From Octopus vulgaris (taxonomy: Eukaryota), in contig OX597823.1 in NCBI GenBank assembly GCA_951406725.2, positions 98,208,001 through 98,272,000 of the forward strand: 64,000 bases of DNA, in the 5' to 3' direction. The notes beneath the pieces were generated by a model, which did not search any database, had not been told where the DNA came from, and saw only the letters and a program-made list of their open reading frames with translations. The position numbers and the translations under genes were made by a program. The number at the start of each line of letters is the position of its first letter. Position 1 is the stretch's first letter. This document shows, one piece after another, positions 26,335 to 39,562 of this stretch.

Positions 26335-26985
26335 TTTTATCTTTTACTTGTTTAAGTCACTGGACTGTGGCCATGCTCGGGCCCTGCCTTGTAGGGCTTA
26401 GTCGAACAAACGACCTCAATACTTATTTTTTAAAGGGACTTATTGTATCGGTGTGATCTATCGAACTGCTTAGTTACGACGACCTAAACAAACCATTACC
26501 GGTGATCAAGTGGTGGTGGTGGGCAAACACAAATACAAAGCCCACACACAAACGACGGGTTTCCACGCAGTTTCCGTGTACCGAATTCACTCACAAGGCA
26601 TTTGCCCAACGAGGTACGGGGCTCAGAACCTGAAGATCTATCCAATATATTTCCAACTGTAACTGTTCATCTGCCTTTTCTGATTATGCATCATTATCTT
26701 ATTAATTTAAAAAAAGGAAGGTTGGTAGAGTGTGATTTGAAGATTTGGCTGTTATTTTTTTCTTCAAGTTAGAAGGGTCAAGTGACTTTTTTGAAGCCTC
26801 TTTCTATAGTTCAACAAAGAAGTGATATTTAATGTAAATATTCAGGTGTAGCTGTATGGTAAGAAGTTTGCTTCCCGACCACATGGTTTCGAGTTCAGTC
26901 CCACAGCATGGCACCTTAGGCGAGTGTTATCTACTTAAAGTAGATGACACTCGCCTAAGGTGCCTCGGGCCTACCAAAGCCTTTG
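26335..26985. mobile_element. Decayed SINE family B pieces (minus 26335-26605; plus 26845-26985)
   Basis: Degenerate matches to the family B tail and head. Confidence 0.65.
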
Positions 26986-27060
26986 CCATGTTCTTTATGT
27001 GTACTATGCAGGTTTATGTAAATTACATCATATCTTGATACCGTGTAGAGTGCAATCCCC

Positions 27061-27133
27061 GTTGACAAGCCGCAGCCGGGAGAGCGTTAGACTGAAGATC
27101 TAAAGGTCCCTCGTTCGATCCTGGGTTTCGGCA
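27061..27133 (+). pseudogene. tRNA-Phe(GAA) pseudogene
   Basis: 73 nt. The 3' three quarters, GGGAGAGCGTTAGACTGAAGATCTAAAGGTCCCTCGTTCGATCCTGGGTTTCGGCA, match eukaryotic tRNA-Phe. The acceptor 5' strand, U8/A9 and D-stem are mutated. Confidence 0.85.
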
Positions 27134-27149
27134 TTTCGTTATCCTTTTT

Positions 27150-27383
27150 AAGGCGGCGAGCTGGCAGAAACGTTAGCGCGCCGGGCGAAATGCGTAGCCG
27201 TACTTCGTCTGCCGTTACGTTCTGAGTTCAAATTCCGCCGAGGTCGACTTTGCCTTTCATCCTTTCGGGGTCGATAAATTAAGTACCAGTTATGCACTGG
27301 GGCCGATGTAATCAACTTAATCCGTTTGTCTGTCCTTGTTTGTCCTCTTTATGTTTAGCCCCTCGTGGGTAATAAAGAAACAG
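27150..27383 (+). mobile_element. SINE family A
   Basis: Full-length match to the consensus. Confidence 0.92.
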
Positions 27384-27599
27384 ATATTAAATAGTGTTAA
27401 ATACTTAGAATATGCAAATTAGCAGTCCCAGTTCCCAGAAACTACCTGAGTTGTTGTGTACATAAATAGATTGGCTGCTTGATTTCCCGGGCATTGGTCA
27501 AGTGATGCTGATAGTTCTGACGAGAACCCAGTAAGATTCGAAAAATCAGTTAAGGCCATTAAGGAAAAATAGTTAAATTTACCGTGTATACACATATAC

Positions 27600-27770
27600 A
27601 CACACGCGCAAGTGGTGTTGGTTTGTTTACGACCCAGATTCGGCAAAAGAGACGGGTAGGATGAGTAAAAGACTTTAAAAAAATACATACGATTTGTTCG
27701 ACTAAAACCTTAAAAGACAGTGTCCCAGAATGGTTGTAGTCCAATGACTGAAACATGTAAATGATAAAAA
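27600..27770 (+). mobile_element. SINE family B 3' half, decayed
   Basis: TTCGGCAAAAGAGAC...GATTTGTTCGACTAAA...AATGACTGAAACA. Confidence 0.6.
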
Positions 27771-28615
27771 AAAAAAAAAGGTTTATTGCTACACAGAACT
27801 GAAAGGATAATATTTATATCATCATATATTTCACCTGAGTTGTTGAAATGTTACGCGTTGCATCATAAGGTGTGTGTATGTGTGAGAGAGAGAGAGGTGG
27901 GTTGGGGGTGGGGGAAGGGGTGCTCGGCACGGTACATCATTTGATACAACAAATACAACTCAAATGGAGATAATACAGTTTTGTAGATCTGTTCAACCGA
28001 TGCATGTCTGCAGAAAGAAACCAAACTAACATCAATGGATAACGCTATATCCAAGATACATTTTCACTAACGAGCAGCTATATGGTTGCTCAACCCCCTA
28101 GAAATAGCGGCCAAAGCTCTCAAAATGAAAAATACACTGGATAAAAGTAATCCTAGAAAAATATGTGACTGTCATGAATGGAAGGCATTTGAACAAAAGT
28201 TAGCAGGAGCAGGGTGATACCATCGGGCTAACAGCAATGTTTTCATTTTGCTTTCGCGATTTCTTCAATAACAAATTAATCGCTAAAAACAAAGGAAAAG
28301 AAGAAATAGACATACATTAAAAATAAAATTACTGTTTAAAAAAAAAAAAAAATCGAGTGCCTTTTGTCAAATCCTGCGAAGTCTTTCATATTCGATAGAG
28401 TGGGGCGAGAATGTTTGCAGGTTAACTGCACCAGTTTTTACCTTACCAGTTTTACACGTTACTTCTTAAGAACAGAAGCAACAATGGGTTTGTAAACATT
28501 CACACAACATGAACCAAAATCGATTTTTAAACATCAACCATTGTTTCGAATCGTAGTTATGTAGAACAAAAACAACATGAAATGCACAGACACTCATATA
28601 GCTACACACAAACAA

Positions 28616-28653
<38 letters not shown>

Positions 28654-28807
28654 CAGCGTGTAAGTATTCATGGAAATTCAGGTGAAAATACACACGGATA
28701 CAAAGATACATTCAATCTCACCCGCGAGTATCACCTATTTTCTATCACTATAAAAATATTCAACTACACACACGTACACACAGGCACACAAGCACGCAGG
28801 CACATAC

Positions 28808-28840
<33 letters not shown>

Positions 28841-28853
28841 GAGATAGAGATAG

Positions 28854-28904
<51 letters not shown>

Positions 28905-29793
28905 TGTTGAAAAATTTACAATACAACATACTTTCGTGTACGTAATATACATGCAAACACATGCATTATTTGTATATACATACGTTCACATGCGTCTGTA
29001 AGTGTGTATGAACGTTGACGTAAATACATACACTAAGGAATTCATAAACTCTCACGTACACATAAACACAGATATACAAAAAAATACACAAGCTTTAAAT
29101 GCACACACACACACAGAGGCACACACACAGACACACACCCAGACTCACACCACACACTCACTCACTCACACACTCACTCAGCCATACATATAACCCTCCT
29201 ACACTCATACAATGACAGACGAAGAAATAGGAACAAGCACACCTTGTTTTCTAGTGTTTGGCGGTCCGAACGGAGCTTTTTAAGACAGGGAGCTGACGGC
29301 TTGTTGCTGCGGCAAAATACATAACTAACAAACAATAATAACACAAAAAATATTCTTAAAACCCGTGGGAAGAACGAATGTTGCAGCAAACACAATTTTA
29401 ATGGAACACAGGTAAGTTGGTACATAGTTTAGATATCTTTACTGAAAAGTCTTACCTTTTCTTTCTTCCAGTTTTATGCTGTGTTGATTGATATAGAATC
29501 AACACTAACATTTCAACTACGTGTTCTGAGATGAAAACAGTTGAGTAAGAATTTCGCAACCAACATCTTACGTGTTGAATGAGTGACAGAGAGAAAGAAA
29601 GAGTGAGTGGCAGAGATAGACTGAGAGTCAGTCCCCATGCAGTATTTTGACTAATAATTATTGATACTTTACAACTAAACGGCGAAGAATACTGCACACA
29701 CGCACTATTGGAGTAATTACCTTTGCTTCTGTCTGTCTAATTTAAAAAAAAAATGTTTTGTGAGAATGTAACAGGTTTTGAGTGATACATTGT

Positions 29794-29873
<80 letters not shown>

Positions 29874-29921
29874 TATGTGTATATGTATATGTATATATAA
29901 ATATGTGTGTATGTATGTGTA

Positions 29922-29973
<52 letters not shown>

Positions 29974-30999
29974 TACATTCATACGCACACGCAAACATGC
30001 GTACTGTCTTGTACTTGTAAAATAAGCGACTTGTTTAATTCAACGCGTAAAATGTTGGCCACTGAGTCTAGAATCTCCCGCCACCTCATAAATGTTTTTT
30101 TTTTTGTGCAGGTGTCACTAATGTTTACGTTGACATTGTTAAAAAGAAAACGAATTTCTTTTACTTAGATTCAGTTACAGAAACATAAAACTTGGTCAAA
30201 AGGGGAGAAATATCTTTTCATGTTTAAAACTAAAGACTTTCGTCTCCGACTAAGTTTTATCATTTCAACGATGCTTTGATATGTATTTCAATTCCTGCTA
30301 CAGGCATGGACTGAAAACATTATCAAATTTTTATTTCTATTTCGCTACTGCAAACAAAAACTGTTGGGGTGGGGAGTATTCGCTGGAATGTTGTTGATGA
30401 TTGTTTTATTTCTTTTCTTGTTTTTCGTGACAAAATGAAAGCTTCCCTGAACTATAAATGTTTGCCTTGTCGTGGGAAAACAGGTTATTCACTCTTTCAC
30501 CTTATTGTTTTGATTGAAAAGACACTAGACAAGACAGTCAACTTTGACTTCCATCCACGCAGAACACGGATCAATAAAATAAATATATTACCGCTACGGA
30601 TTTTTTAATTAACGGTTATTGGTCCCAAATAACGGGTCCTAAATTCTTTGATTGCCCAATGTTATCATCAAGTTATTGTTATCGAAAAGGCTTCGTCTCA
30701 AAGGGGTTATACTGTATTAATAAAATACTTCCCACTGAAGTTTGATCTGGTGCCTTTATCCAAAGAAATTATTAGTTTTTGTAAGAAAATTGGAACGTTA
30801 GAGACGCTGTAATTTCTACGAAGAGCAATGGTTTCAAAAACTTATTTTGAGCCGTTAGACAATTTACTAAAAATTAAAGAACTTCCAACTTTATATTTTA
30901 CGGACAGCCTCCACCACACTCATTTAAAAAATTTTATTCACAGATATCTTTTACAGATTTCTAGAAATTTTCACGGAGCCCAATTTTAGAAATACTAAC

Positions 31000-31232
31000 C
31001 TATCCAACCGTCCGTCCGTCCATCTACTATTCCCTGTGTCATTGGGGTAAAGTCCTCTGGTACCTCCTCCTCCTCCATAGAGTCCTATCCCAAGCGTGAC
31101 CAATTGAGATTCAGGATATTATCCAACCATCTCGTTCTTGGTCTACCCCAAGGTCTCTTACTAGTTGGCTTGATTTGAAGAATCCGTCTTGCAGTTTTTT
31201 CCTGTCACATTCTAATTCTAATCACACGTGAT
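31000..31232 (-). mobile_element. RTE-clade LINE 3' end
   Basis: RM.QEKTARRILQIKPTSKRPWGRPRTRWLDNI..LNWSRLG; same family as 24195-24475. Confidence 0.7.
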
Positions 31233-31500
31233 TTTATCTTGACAATTTGTTCAAACCCTACGATCATCGTCTTTACCTTTCAATCACTACGGAATCTATA
31301 AACCAATATCAGTGTCCATACTTGTATTGATTCAATATATGGTTAGTTTGATAATTGAATAAACAATTCATTATTTTGAATGAAAACGTCTTATAATTAG
31401 ATCTGAACTCGTCTGGGTTCTTAGACGAAGATTAGATTTCGTGTTCAAATTTATTTCTCTCTAGATTTGATCTTCTTCTTAATTTATTATTATTATTATT

Positions 31501-32665
31501 TTCATATACACTCAACAGATTAGACTGTTGGAAAAGAAAAGAATTCTAACATTGAGCTCCAACAAATCGCTTTAGATGGCAAGACCCCTCCTATTGGGTT
31601 GCAGCAAGTAACCTTAGATGCCAAGATGCTAAGTATCCAAGCTGTCCCTAATAACACTGTTTTCTGGAACTGTACTAAACTGGGTTTTATTCCTTTTTTC
31701 CTCAATCCATCTGTTCAGATCTTTAAGGATAGTTCCCAATGCACCTATAACTACTGGGATATTTAACCCGCACTTTCCATAGTCTTTGTAATTCAATAGC
31801 TAGGTCCCGGTACTTTGCTATTTTTCTATACCTCTCATATTGATTTTTTTTTCATCAATTGGTACTGTAAAGTCAATTACCGGGCACTTTCTATTCTCTT
31901 TATCGACTACTACTAAATCAGGCCTTCTAGCTTCTATTACTCTGTCAGTCTGAATGTTAAAGTCCCACAACATCTTGTATTTCTTACTTTCTAGTATTTT
32001 ACTAGGTTCATGTTCATACCATTTATCAATATGTTCAAATCCTAGCTTTCTACAAAGCTCCCAGTGGATTGCTCTCCCTAGATTGTCATGTCTTGTATCC
32101 TTTCTGTGCCGGCTTGTTACATTCACTTACTATATGAGTAACGCTTTGCTCTTTGATTTGCTTAATCTACATTGGGAACCTACTTTACTTTGTCTGTCTT
32201 GGCTTTTATCCAATTAGCGCTTAATGCTTGATCTTGTGCAGCTACTAACAAGCTTTCTGACTCCCTCTTCAGCTTTCCTTTCTGCAACCATAACCCTGTA
32301 TAACTACTATTATTTGTTGCAACTATCTTTGGGAATCTACCCAATGCCTTCTCCTGCCAGTCAGATAATTTCTGCTCTTTTTCCTGGTTTTTAAATTCGT
32401 TTGGGTTTTTGGTTTCCCCGTCTCTTGCTCTAACTCTAGCAGCTTTTAATAAACTTTCTTCACTATTACCCCCATAGGAGTCTATATCTACTCTAGCTAA
32501 CTCCACAGAGTCTTCTACTGATATTAATTCTCTTCTACCGTCCTAGGTAGGTATAATCTTACTACTCCTGCCCTTGGGTGGAGTCCTCCATTCGTATTGA
32601 ATTCTTTCCTAGTTCTTCTGTCTAGTTTGCTAATTCAGTTTTTGTCCAGTCTACAAAAGCTGCTG

Positions 32666-32667
<2 letters not shown>
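31501..32667 (-). mobile_element. 5'-truncated R4/Dong-type non-LTR retrotransposon (RLE endonuclease) in a (TAA)n site
   Basis: WLQKGKLKRESESLLVAAQDQAL and RHDNLGRAIHWELC...WYEHEP...LWDFNIQTDRVIEARRPDLVVVDK...IDFTVP. (TTA)n lies on both flanks. Confidence 0.88.
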
Positions 32668-32700
<33 letters not shown>

Positions 32701-33373
32701 AACATTTCCATAAATTTCACTGAAACTAATAAAGGGGGACTTTGGGGATAAGCACTTCCACATATCGTCACTTCATCTTTTTTCGAAAAATTAGATGTAT
32801 GGAAGAAAAAAATCAGAATTATAATCTCTGTATAAAACTTATAATTCATAAATAAATTTTCGGAGGAAAAAAATGAAAAAGTTACGGTTGGTTGCACACT
32901 CCAAACAAAGAAGATGAAGTGAAGTAAAAGAATAATGGAGGGGAGGGAAAATAAATCGCAAAAACACCAAAATCCGGAGAAATTTTCGAAAACACAAAAA
33001 CAAAAAAAAAGTTACTGGCAGTGGGATGCTGATTCCGAAAATTGGCCGTTACGTAAGTTAAATTTCATCACCAAAACTCTTCCTTTTTGCTGAATAGAGA
33101 GGAGCTTGTGGTCACTTCATTTGCTAGAAATAGCAGCAAATCTCCTTGCAATCAAGCGTTGACTTTGAAAATGATGAAGAATTTATTAAAATAATTTTGT
33201 CATTATTAATCTGGTGTTTGAAACATAGATTAACATGGGATTTTGATGGAAGGATTTAATTTAGATCTTTTAAGCAGGAAGTTTGTATCATAGAACCTGA
33301 GGCGGTTTCAGGCGGGTTTGTCTCAAAAGGGTTTAAAAGAATAAATAAAAATGAAAGGCGTGTACAAAGAAAT

Positions 33374-33787
33374 ATATTTCTTTATTGCCCACAAGGGGCT
33401 AAACACAGAGGGGACAAACAAGGACAGACAAAGGGACCAAGTCGATTATATCGATCCCAGTGCGTAGCTGGTACTTAATTTATCGACCCCGAAAGGATGA
33501 AAGGCAAAGTCGACCTCAGCGGAATTTGAACTCAGAACGTAGACGAAATACCGCTAAGCACTTCACCCGGCGTGCTAACGTTTCTGCCAGCTCGCCGCCT
33601 TCACTTTTTTATAATAATTTCTACTGAAGACACAAGGCCTTGAAATTTTGGTGGAGGGGATTAGTCGATTACATCGACCCCAGTGCGTAACTGGTACTTA
33701 ATTTATTGACTCCGAAAGGATGAAAGGCAAAGTCGACTTCGGTGGAATTTGAACTCAGAACGTGAAGATAGACGTAATACTGCTAAG
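33374..33787 (-). mobile_element. Two SINE family A copies (33374-33601 full; 33620-33787 partial)
   Basis: Consensus matches. Confidence 0.88.
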
Positions 33788-34435
33788 AATTTTAACCAAT
33801 CAATTACCTCTAGTGAGCTAAAATCATTTGCTGCGTCTAAAACTGAGACATCTTGTCACTAACCCTAACCCTAACCCTCACCCTCACCCTAAATTTTAGC
33901 CTTTCGTTTTTTTTTTCTTAATTGTTAAATTAATTTAAGGATAACAATTAAGAAAAAAAAAACGAAAGGCTAAAACGAAAGCAATGGAAAATAATTTAAA
34001 CAATTAACAAACAAAAAATTTTATACACACGCTTTCCGTATGTATACATAACGAAAGGCTAAAACGAAAGCAAAAACTCAAAACAAAAACAAAACGAATA
34101 ATTTTAGACACACGCGTAACAATTAAATTAATTTAACAATTAAGAAAAAAAAAAACGAAAGGCTAAAATTTAGGGTTAGGGTAAGGGTTAGGGTTAGTGA
34201 CAGGATGTTGTCTCAGTTTTAGACGCAGCAAATGATTTTAGCTTAATTAGAGGCAATTGATTGGTTAAAATTCGAAAAATTAAACTACGTTAAACTTACA
34301 AATTACAATTTTCTCAAGAAAGCCAAGAGAAAAAAATGTTTTATTTTGACACATTCTACCAGTATACGAAGTTTAAAAGTGCTTAGTTAACTAGAAATTG
34401 TGTTGAAAACTGCCGTTCAAAAGGAAAAGATCCCA
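33787..34435. mobile_element. Fold-back/MITE-like element with internal (CCCTAA)n/(TTAGGG)n tracts
   Basis: About 150-bp inverted arms at 33787-33936 and ~34125-34273. Possible terminus ...GCCGTTCAAAAGGAAAAGATCCC. Confidence 0.6.
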
Positions 34436-34739
34436 AAAGACTAAAAAGGATATTGTGACGTTGATAATTTCATCGAAGTTAGTAGCGACACAAACAAATG
34501 GATGACACTGGGCCCGACAAAAACCAGGAGTTTAGCACTTCTCTGTAAGACATTTGTATTACTCCTTTTAAAATTACACGAATTTCGTGTTGATTCTTAA
34601 CTAATTATAATGTAGGTTTAACTTAGTTGATAATAATAATCAAATAGCTGAACCCGTGAAAAATTCACGGAAAACATAAAAAATGTAAGTATTTGTAAAC
34701 AGTGTAGTGGTACCAAGAGAAATGTTTGTATATTATGAC

Positions 34740-34895
34740 CGTCTGTCTTTACGTTCTGAGTTCAAATTCTGCGAGGTCGACTTTGCCTTTCGTCCTTTCG
34801 GGGTCGATAAATTAAGTACCAGTTGTGTACTGGGGTCGATCTAATCAATTGCCCCCCCCCCCTCCCCACAAAAAATTCAGGCCTAGAAAAGTATA
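34740..34895 (+). mobile_element. SINE family A, 5'-truncated
   Basis: Core match. Confidence 0.8.
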
Positions 34896-35199
34896 TTGTG
34901 ACAGTTACAGAATATAGAAAGTAATGTAACACCAATGACTATTATAATCCAGCCAAAATATCTCAGTTACACAAACGTAAACGGAATTACTATTTAACCT
35001 CAAAATACATCATAACATATTCAAAGAACCTTCTTGGTTTAGTGGTACGGAACGTTTTTCTGGTATTCTTTTATTCTTTTACTGGTTTCAGTCATTTGAC
35101 AATGGCCATGCTGGAGCGCCACCCTTTAGTCGAAGAAATTGTTTATATTTAGTTAATTTACACTGCATACAAAAATATAGACACACTACATACAACTGC

Positions 35200-35869
35200 T
35201 TACAAAAATAGAGATTAGTGTATATATTTTTCTATGTTCATAATTTTTTGTTTAAAATATTGAAAAAACTATGCCACCAAAGAAAAAACGTTATCTCTCA
35301 GGAAAAGGAGGAGTGCAGAGAATCGAAGGCGAGAGTCTCATGAGAAAAGGGACACGAGACTTTCTCCACATCAGCAAAGGCACGACACATGGAGTCTCAA
35401 TACAGAAGGGACAAGACATTTTCCAAAGATCATCAGCCTCATGCTGCAGCACGTCAAATAGCGTCTCAAGAGTGAAGGGAGAAGAGACTTCCCCCAAGAT
35501 CAGCAAAAGCTTGCTGCAGCATGTCTGATGGAGTCTCAAGACAGAAAGGAGATGATGCCTTCTCAAGATCAGCAAAGGCATGCTGCGGCACTTAATGCTG
35601 AATCAGTGAAACAACGGTTAGCACGCCAGATTACACACAGGTCCAATTGAATAAGCTCTCAGAAACAGACATGAACAAAGTCGTTCTTCACAACCACCTG
35701 GAGCTGCTTTCAGATACGACCCATCACATTCTTATAAAAATGATAACTCTGTTCAAATTGGTGTGCTAAACTCAAATTGTTGTTTATGCAAAGCTGTAAA
35801 GTTTACTCCACAAATGTTTTGTCGTCGATGCTGCACCTGTTTCTCGTATCACCTGTTTCAACATGACTG

Positions 35870-35908
<39 letters not shown>

Positions 35909-35952
35909 AACTATGCGGTTTAATCCCGAGCAACGCCGGGTGTCTCTGCTGG

Positions 35953-35953
<1 letters not shown>
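35200..35953 (+). mobile_element. Internally deleted Helitron remnant (RepHel N-terminal repeats + 3' hairpin)
   Basis: MPPKKKR start followed by frameshifted ~23-aa ES.E.R..RL..DQQRHAAAR repeats. 3' terminus CCCGAGCAACGCCGGG...CTGGT at 35924-35953. Confidence 0.6.
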
Positions 35954-35983
<30 letters not shown>

Positions 35984-36182
35984 AGTTCATAGAAGAGAAT
36001 TAGATATTCCTAGTATAGAGTACACTTAGTAGTGCTCAAGGGGTTTAAACTTGAGCGGGTAGAGAAGTAAAACTAAGACCACCTTCCTAACTCGCTTATC
36101 CTTACATTTATACATACATGCATACATGCATGCATACATACATACATACATACATACATACATACATACATACATACATACA

Positions 36183-36215
<33 letters not shown>

Positions 36216-36424
36216 GCATGCATATGTTTTGCTTCAGCATTGCGAACGCAATAAACGTATGTTTCTGAACGCAGTGTTAGATGAGTAGAGAGCAGTAATA
36301 ACAAAAAGAGATGACACAAGAAAAGCAATGGCTATATTATGATCTTCATTAGCTTACACCTGTTTGTGCTATAAGATGCAGCGGGCTCTTAGCAATATAC
36401 AGGGAAAGCATTGCTTTCCATGTA

Positions 36425-37660
36425 CAGTGATACCTCGCAGTACGAGTCTATTTCGTTCCATGACCGTGCTCGTTTTACGCTTTACTCGTTTTACAAATCA
36501 ATTTTCCCCATTCAAATTTTCATTTTTTATGGGTTTTAAAACAGAAAAAGTGCAGATATAAGGAAAATGACAATTATAAAAACATAATAAAAGAGAATGC
36601 AAAAGAAATATGTAAACTGGTTTTATCAATTTAATTACCTTAAAGATGGGACGATGTGTGCGCGAGGAAGACGATGGAGCGGAGTGGAGGAGGAAGATTA
36701 TTGTTTGGAAGGAAAATCTCCTTCCATTAAGACTGCAGGAAGAACAATTTCTAGCGTTTTCTCTCTCACTTCGCCTAATTTAGGCTTTTTGAACACACTT
36801 TCTTCACTTTTCACACTTACAGGTCGTTTCATTAGAAACATATCAAGAGAAGTCTGTTTTTTCCTGCGTTTCAAAATATTACGAAAATGCGCCAGAGCAA
36901 TTAAATAAAGCAGCTGCACGACTTGTAGATACTTTTTCAGGATATTTTTCTACAAATTCAGAAACATACTACCACTAAGCCAAACACTACCTTTATGTCA
37001 CTCGTAGAGATAGCCTTCTCCGCTACACTGTCCTCCTCCGGGGAACCAATCTCTTCCACCGCATCCGAACACTGCTGCTCCCGAAGCAGCAAGAGTTGAT
37101 CTGTTGTCAGCTTCTCTGAGTGATCCTCGACGAAATCGTTAATGTCCCCATTGTCAACGTCGAGGCCCATGGATTTACCAAGAGACACTGTCTTTTCGAC
37201 TGCAGGTGTCTCAGACTCAAAGCCCTCGAAGTCTGTTTCGGATACACAGTCAGGCCAGTTTCCTCCATGAAGAATTCAGCGTTCTCCTCGTGACACCCTG
37301 TCAGGCCATATCGATGATTTTCAGGCAGATAACAACGTTGTAGTGCTCCTTCCAAAATTTATGAATTTGTATTTTTGGTGACTTCAAAGCAACGACAAAA
37401 GAGGTGTTTGGTGTATAATTTCTTAAAATTAGAAATCACCTGTTGGTCCATGGACTGCAAGAGAGGGGTGGTGTTGCGTGAAAGGTATAGAATTTTTATA
37501 AATTTAAATTTGTCCAGGATATCGTCTTCGAAGTTAGGAGGGTGAGCAGGAGCATTGCCGAGGATAAGGAGGGCCTTGAGAGGAAGATCGTTCTTCAGAA
37601 GGTACTTTTTCACTGATGGTTCGAAGATAAGGTTGACCCACTCGGTGAAGAATTGCCTGT
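36425..37660 (-). mobile_element. Tigger/pogo DNA transposon, 3' half
   Basis: TA|CAGTGATACCTCG TIR. DDE_1 segment FFTEWVNLIFEPSVKKYLL..LPLKALLILGNAPAHP...NTTPLLQSMDQQVISNFKKLY; C-terminal HFRNILKRRKKQTSLDMF. Confidence 0.88.
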
Positions 37661-38472
37661 CACAATTTTCTAAGAGCTGGGTCAGGCAGCTCCTACTTGA
37701 TCGAAAACCATGTTGGGTATCACTTAGCAAGTTATTTTCTTCAAGGAATGCGATTAGTTTCCCTCTGACTATCCGTTCCATGACTTTGCTGATATGTGAA
37801 GTCAGAGAGATAGGCCTATAGTTTTTGGCATCTGCTCTACTTTCCCCTTTATGTATTGGGCATATTATTCCCTCCTTCAGCTTGCTTGGCAGTTTGCCAT
37901 TTGTAAGAAAGCTCTGGAAGAGAATCTTGAGGAGTTTTGTCAGGGCATGTTTACACGATTTGAGGAGGATTCATGGGAAACCGTCAGGACCAGCAGTTGA
38001 GTTTGTGTCCACTTCATCTATGGCTAGTAGTACATCTTCTTCGCTAATGTCAGTACATTCTATTGTAACCGCCTCGCTGGTTATAGGCGAGGCGGCAAAG
38101 AAGTCCACTGGTTCGTTCACTTGTCTGTGTTCCAACGGGGTGGTAAAGACACTTTTGAACTGGTCAATCAGTATCTCACTGATCTTAGTTGGAATGTCTG
38201 TGAGGGAACCATCCTTTTGGAGGAGGGGTCCTATCTTGTAGTGTACTGAGGCTGTTTCTTTCGCGTAATGAAAGAAGGCCTTTGGGTTTGATTTAATGTT
38301 TTTTATAACCAAGGCTTCTTTGTCTGCTTTCACCCTCACATAGGATTGTTGCAGACTTTTTTCGATCTCTATCAGTGTTGTTTTTAGGCGGGACGTTTCG
38401 CTGCTTTTGGGATGTTGGTTGAGACGATTTGCAACCTTCGTCCGTCGTCTCATGAGGATCTTCCTATCTCTT

Positions 38473-38475
<3 letters not shown>
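37660..38475 (-). mobile_element. Internal fragment of a diverged copy of the CR1-type LINE
   Basis: PRDRKILMRRRTK...NIKSNPKAFF.YAKE...QFKSVFT...GPDGFP...NYRPISLTSHISKVMER...QHGFR..RSCLTQLL, paralogous to 16930-17740. Confidence 0.9.
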
Positions 38476-38515
<40 letters not shown>

Positions 38516-38547
38516 TACCTACATACATACATACATACATACATACA

Positions 38548-38581
<34 letters not shown>

Positions 38582-38602
38582 CATACATACATATATATAT
38601 AA

Positions 38603-38843
38603 AGTTCAGCAAAATTTAGATTCAGATGAATATGGTACTTAAGTTAAAGGCACCAGAATTTTGTATGGTATTATCCATATAAATCAAATGGGGTGATTAT
38701 AATCAAAATAAGCAACAAGGATATCCAAGGTAGTGTAGTACAATCGTTTCATGCTACTTCATTTCAGTGTTTAATAAAATGAAGTAGCATGAAACGATTG
38801 TACTACACTACCTTGGATATCCTTGTTGCTTATTTTGATTATA
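38603..38843 (-). mobile_element. PLE terminal fragment with 67-bp perfect inverted duplication
   Basis: Arms 38698-38764 and 38777-38843 hold the 3' half of an HHR (GAAACGATTGTA). The extension ATAATCACCCC...TATGGATAA...TTCTGGT...TTAAGTACCA is homologous to 44658-44730. Confidence 0.75.
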
Positions 38844-38869
38844 TATATATGTGTGTGTGTGTGTGTATG

Positions 38870-38903
<34 letters not shown>

Positions 38904-39359
38904 TACTTATGTATATGTGTGTATACTCCTCCCCACACACATAAACCAAATATTAATCTATTATCTGCGATAGCGATACAGTTAAACATTTTTCGTTGAC
39001 GATGTATTTATTTATTTATTTATTTTGTGACAAACTACGAAGCTCACTTGAAGGGTTTCTAATTATACATTTGACAGGTTTACACCCAGTTTCTGTCTCT
39101 CAAATTCTACTCACAACGTTTTGATCAACCTCTGGTTATTTCTGAAAAACACTTATCTATCTTTTCGCGAGCAACGACCCTTGAGAAAGAGGAAAAGAAT
39201 ACTTTAGAAGTGCGCGCGCGTGTGTGTTAAATATCTTATTGATATCAAATTGTAAACAATTTTCGGAATCTCTCAAACATAATTTTGATTTGTTTTCCTA
39301 AATTCTAAGCAAATCATCTTTAGGACTAACTGGATGGGCTGTAGATATTTTGGTTTGGC

Positions 39360-39509
39360 TGGGTGCTGTTACCAATTATTAAAACCACGTGGTTTCGGGT
39401 TCAGTGTCATTGCTTGCGCCTTGGGTCGACTAAAGCCTTGTAAGTGGATTTGGGAGACAGAAAATGAAAGAAGGCCGTCTTATGAAATTGTGTGCGTGAG
39501 GGCGCGCGC

Positions 39510-39562
<53 letters not shown>

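Noticed and set aside
29290-29760. Splice-like signals (CAG|GTAAGT at ~29411; minus-strand donors at ~29455 and ~29720)
   Set aside because: No coding frame or other support; cannot be distinguished from chance without RNA data.
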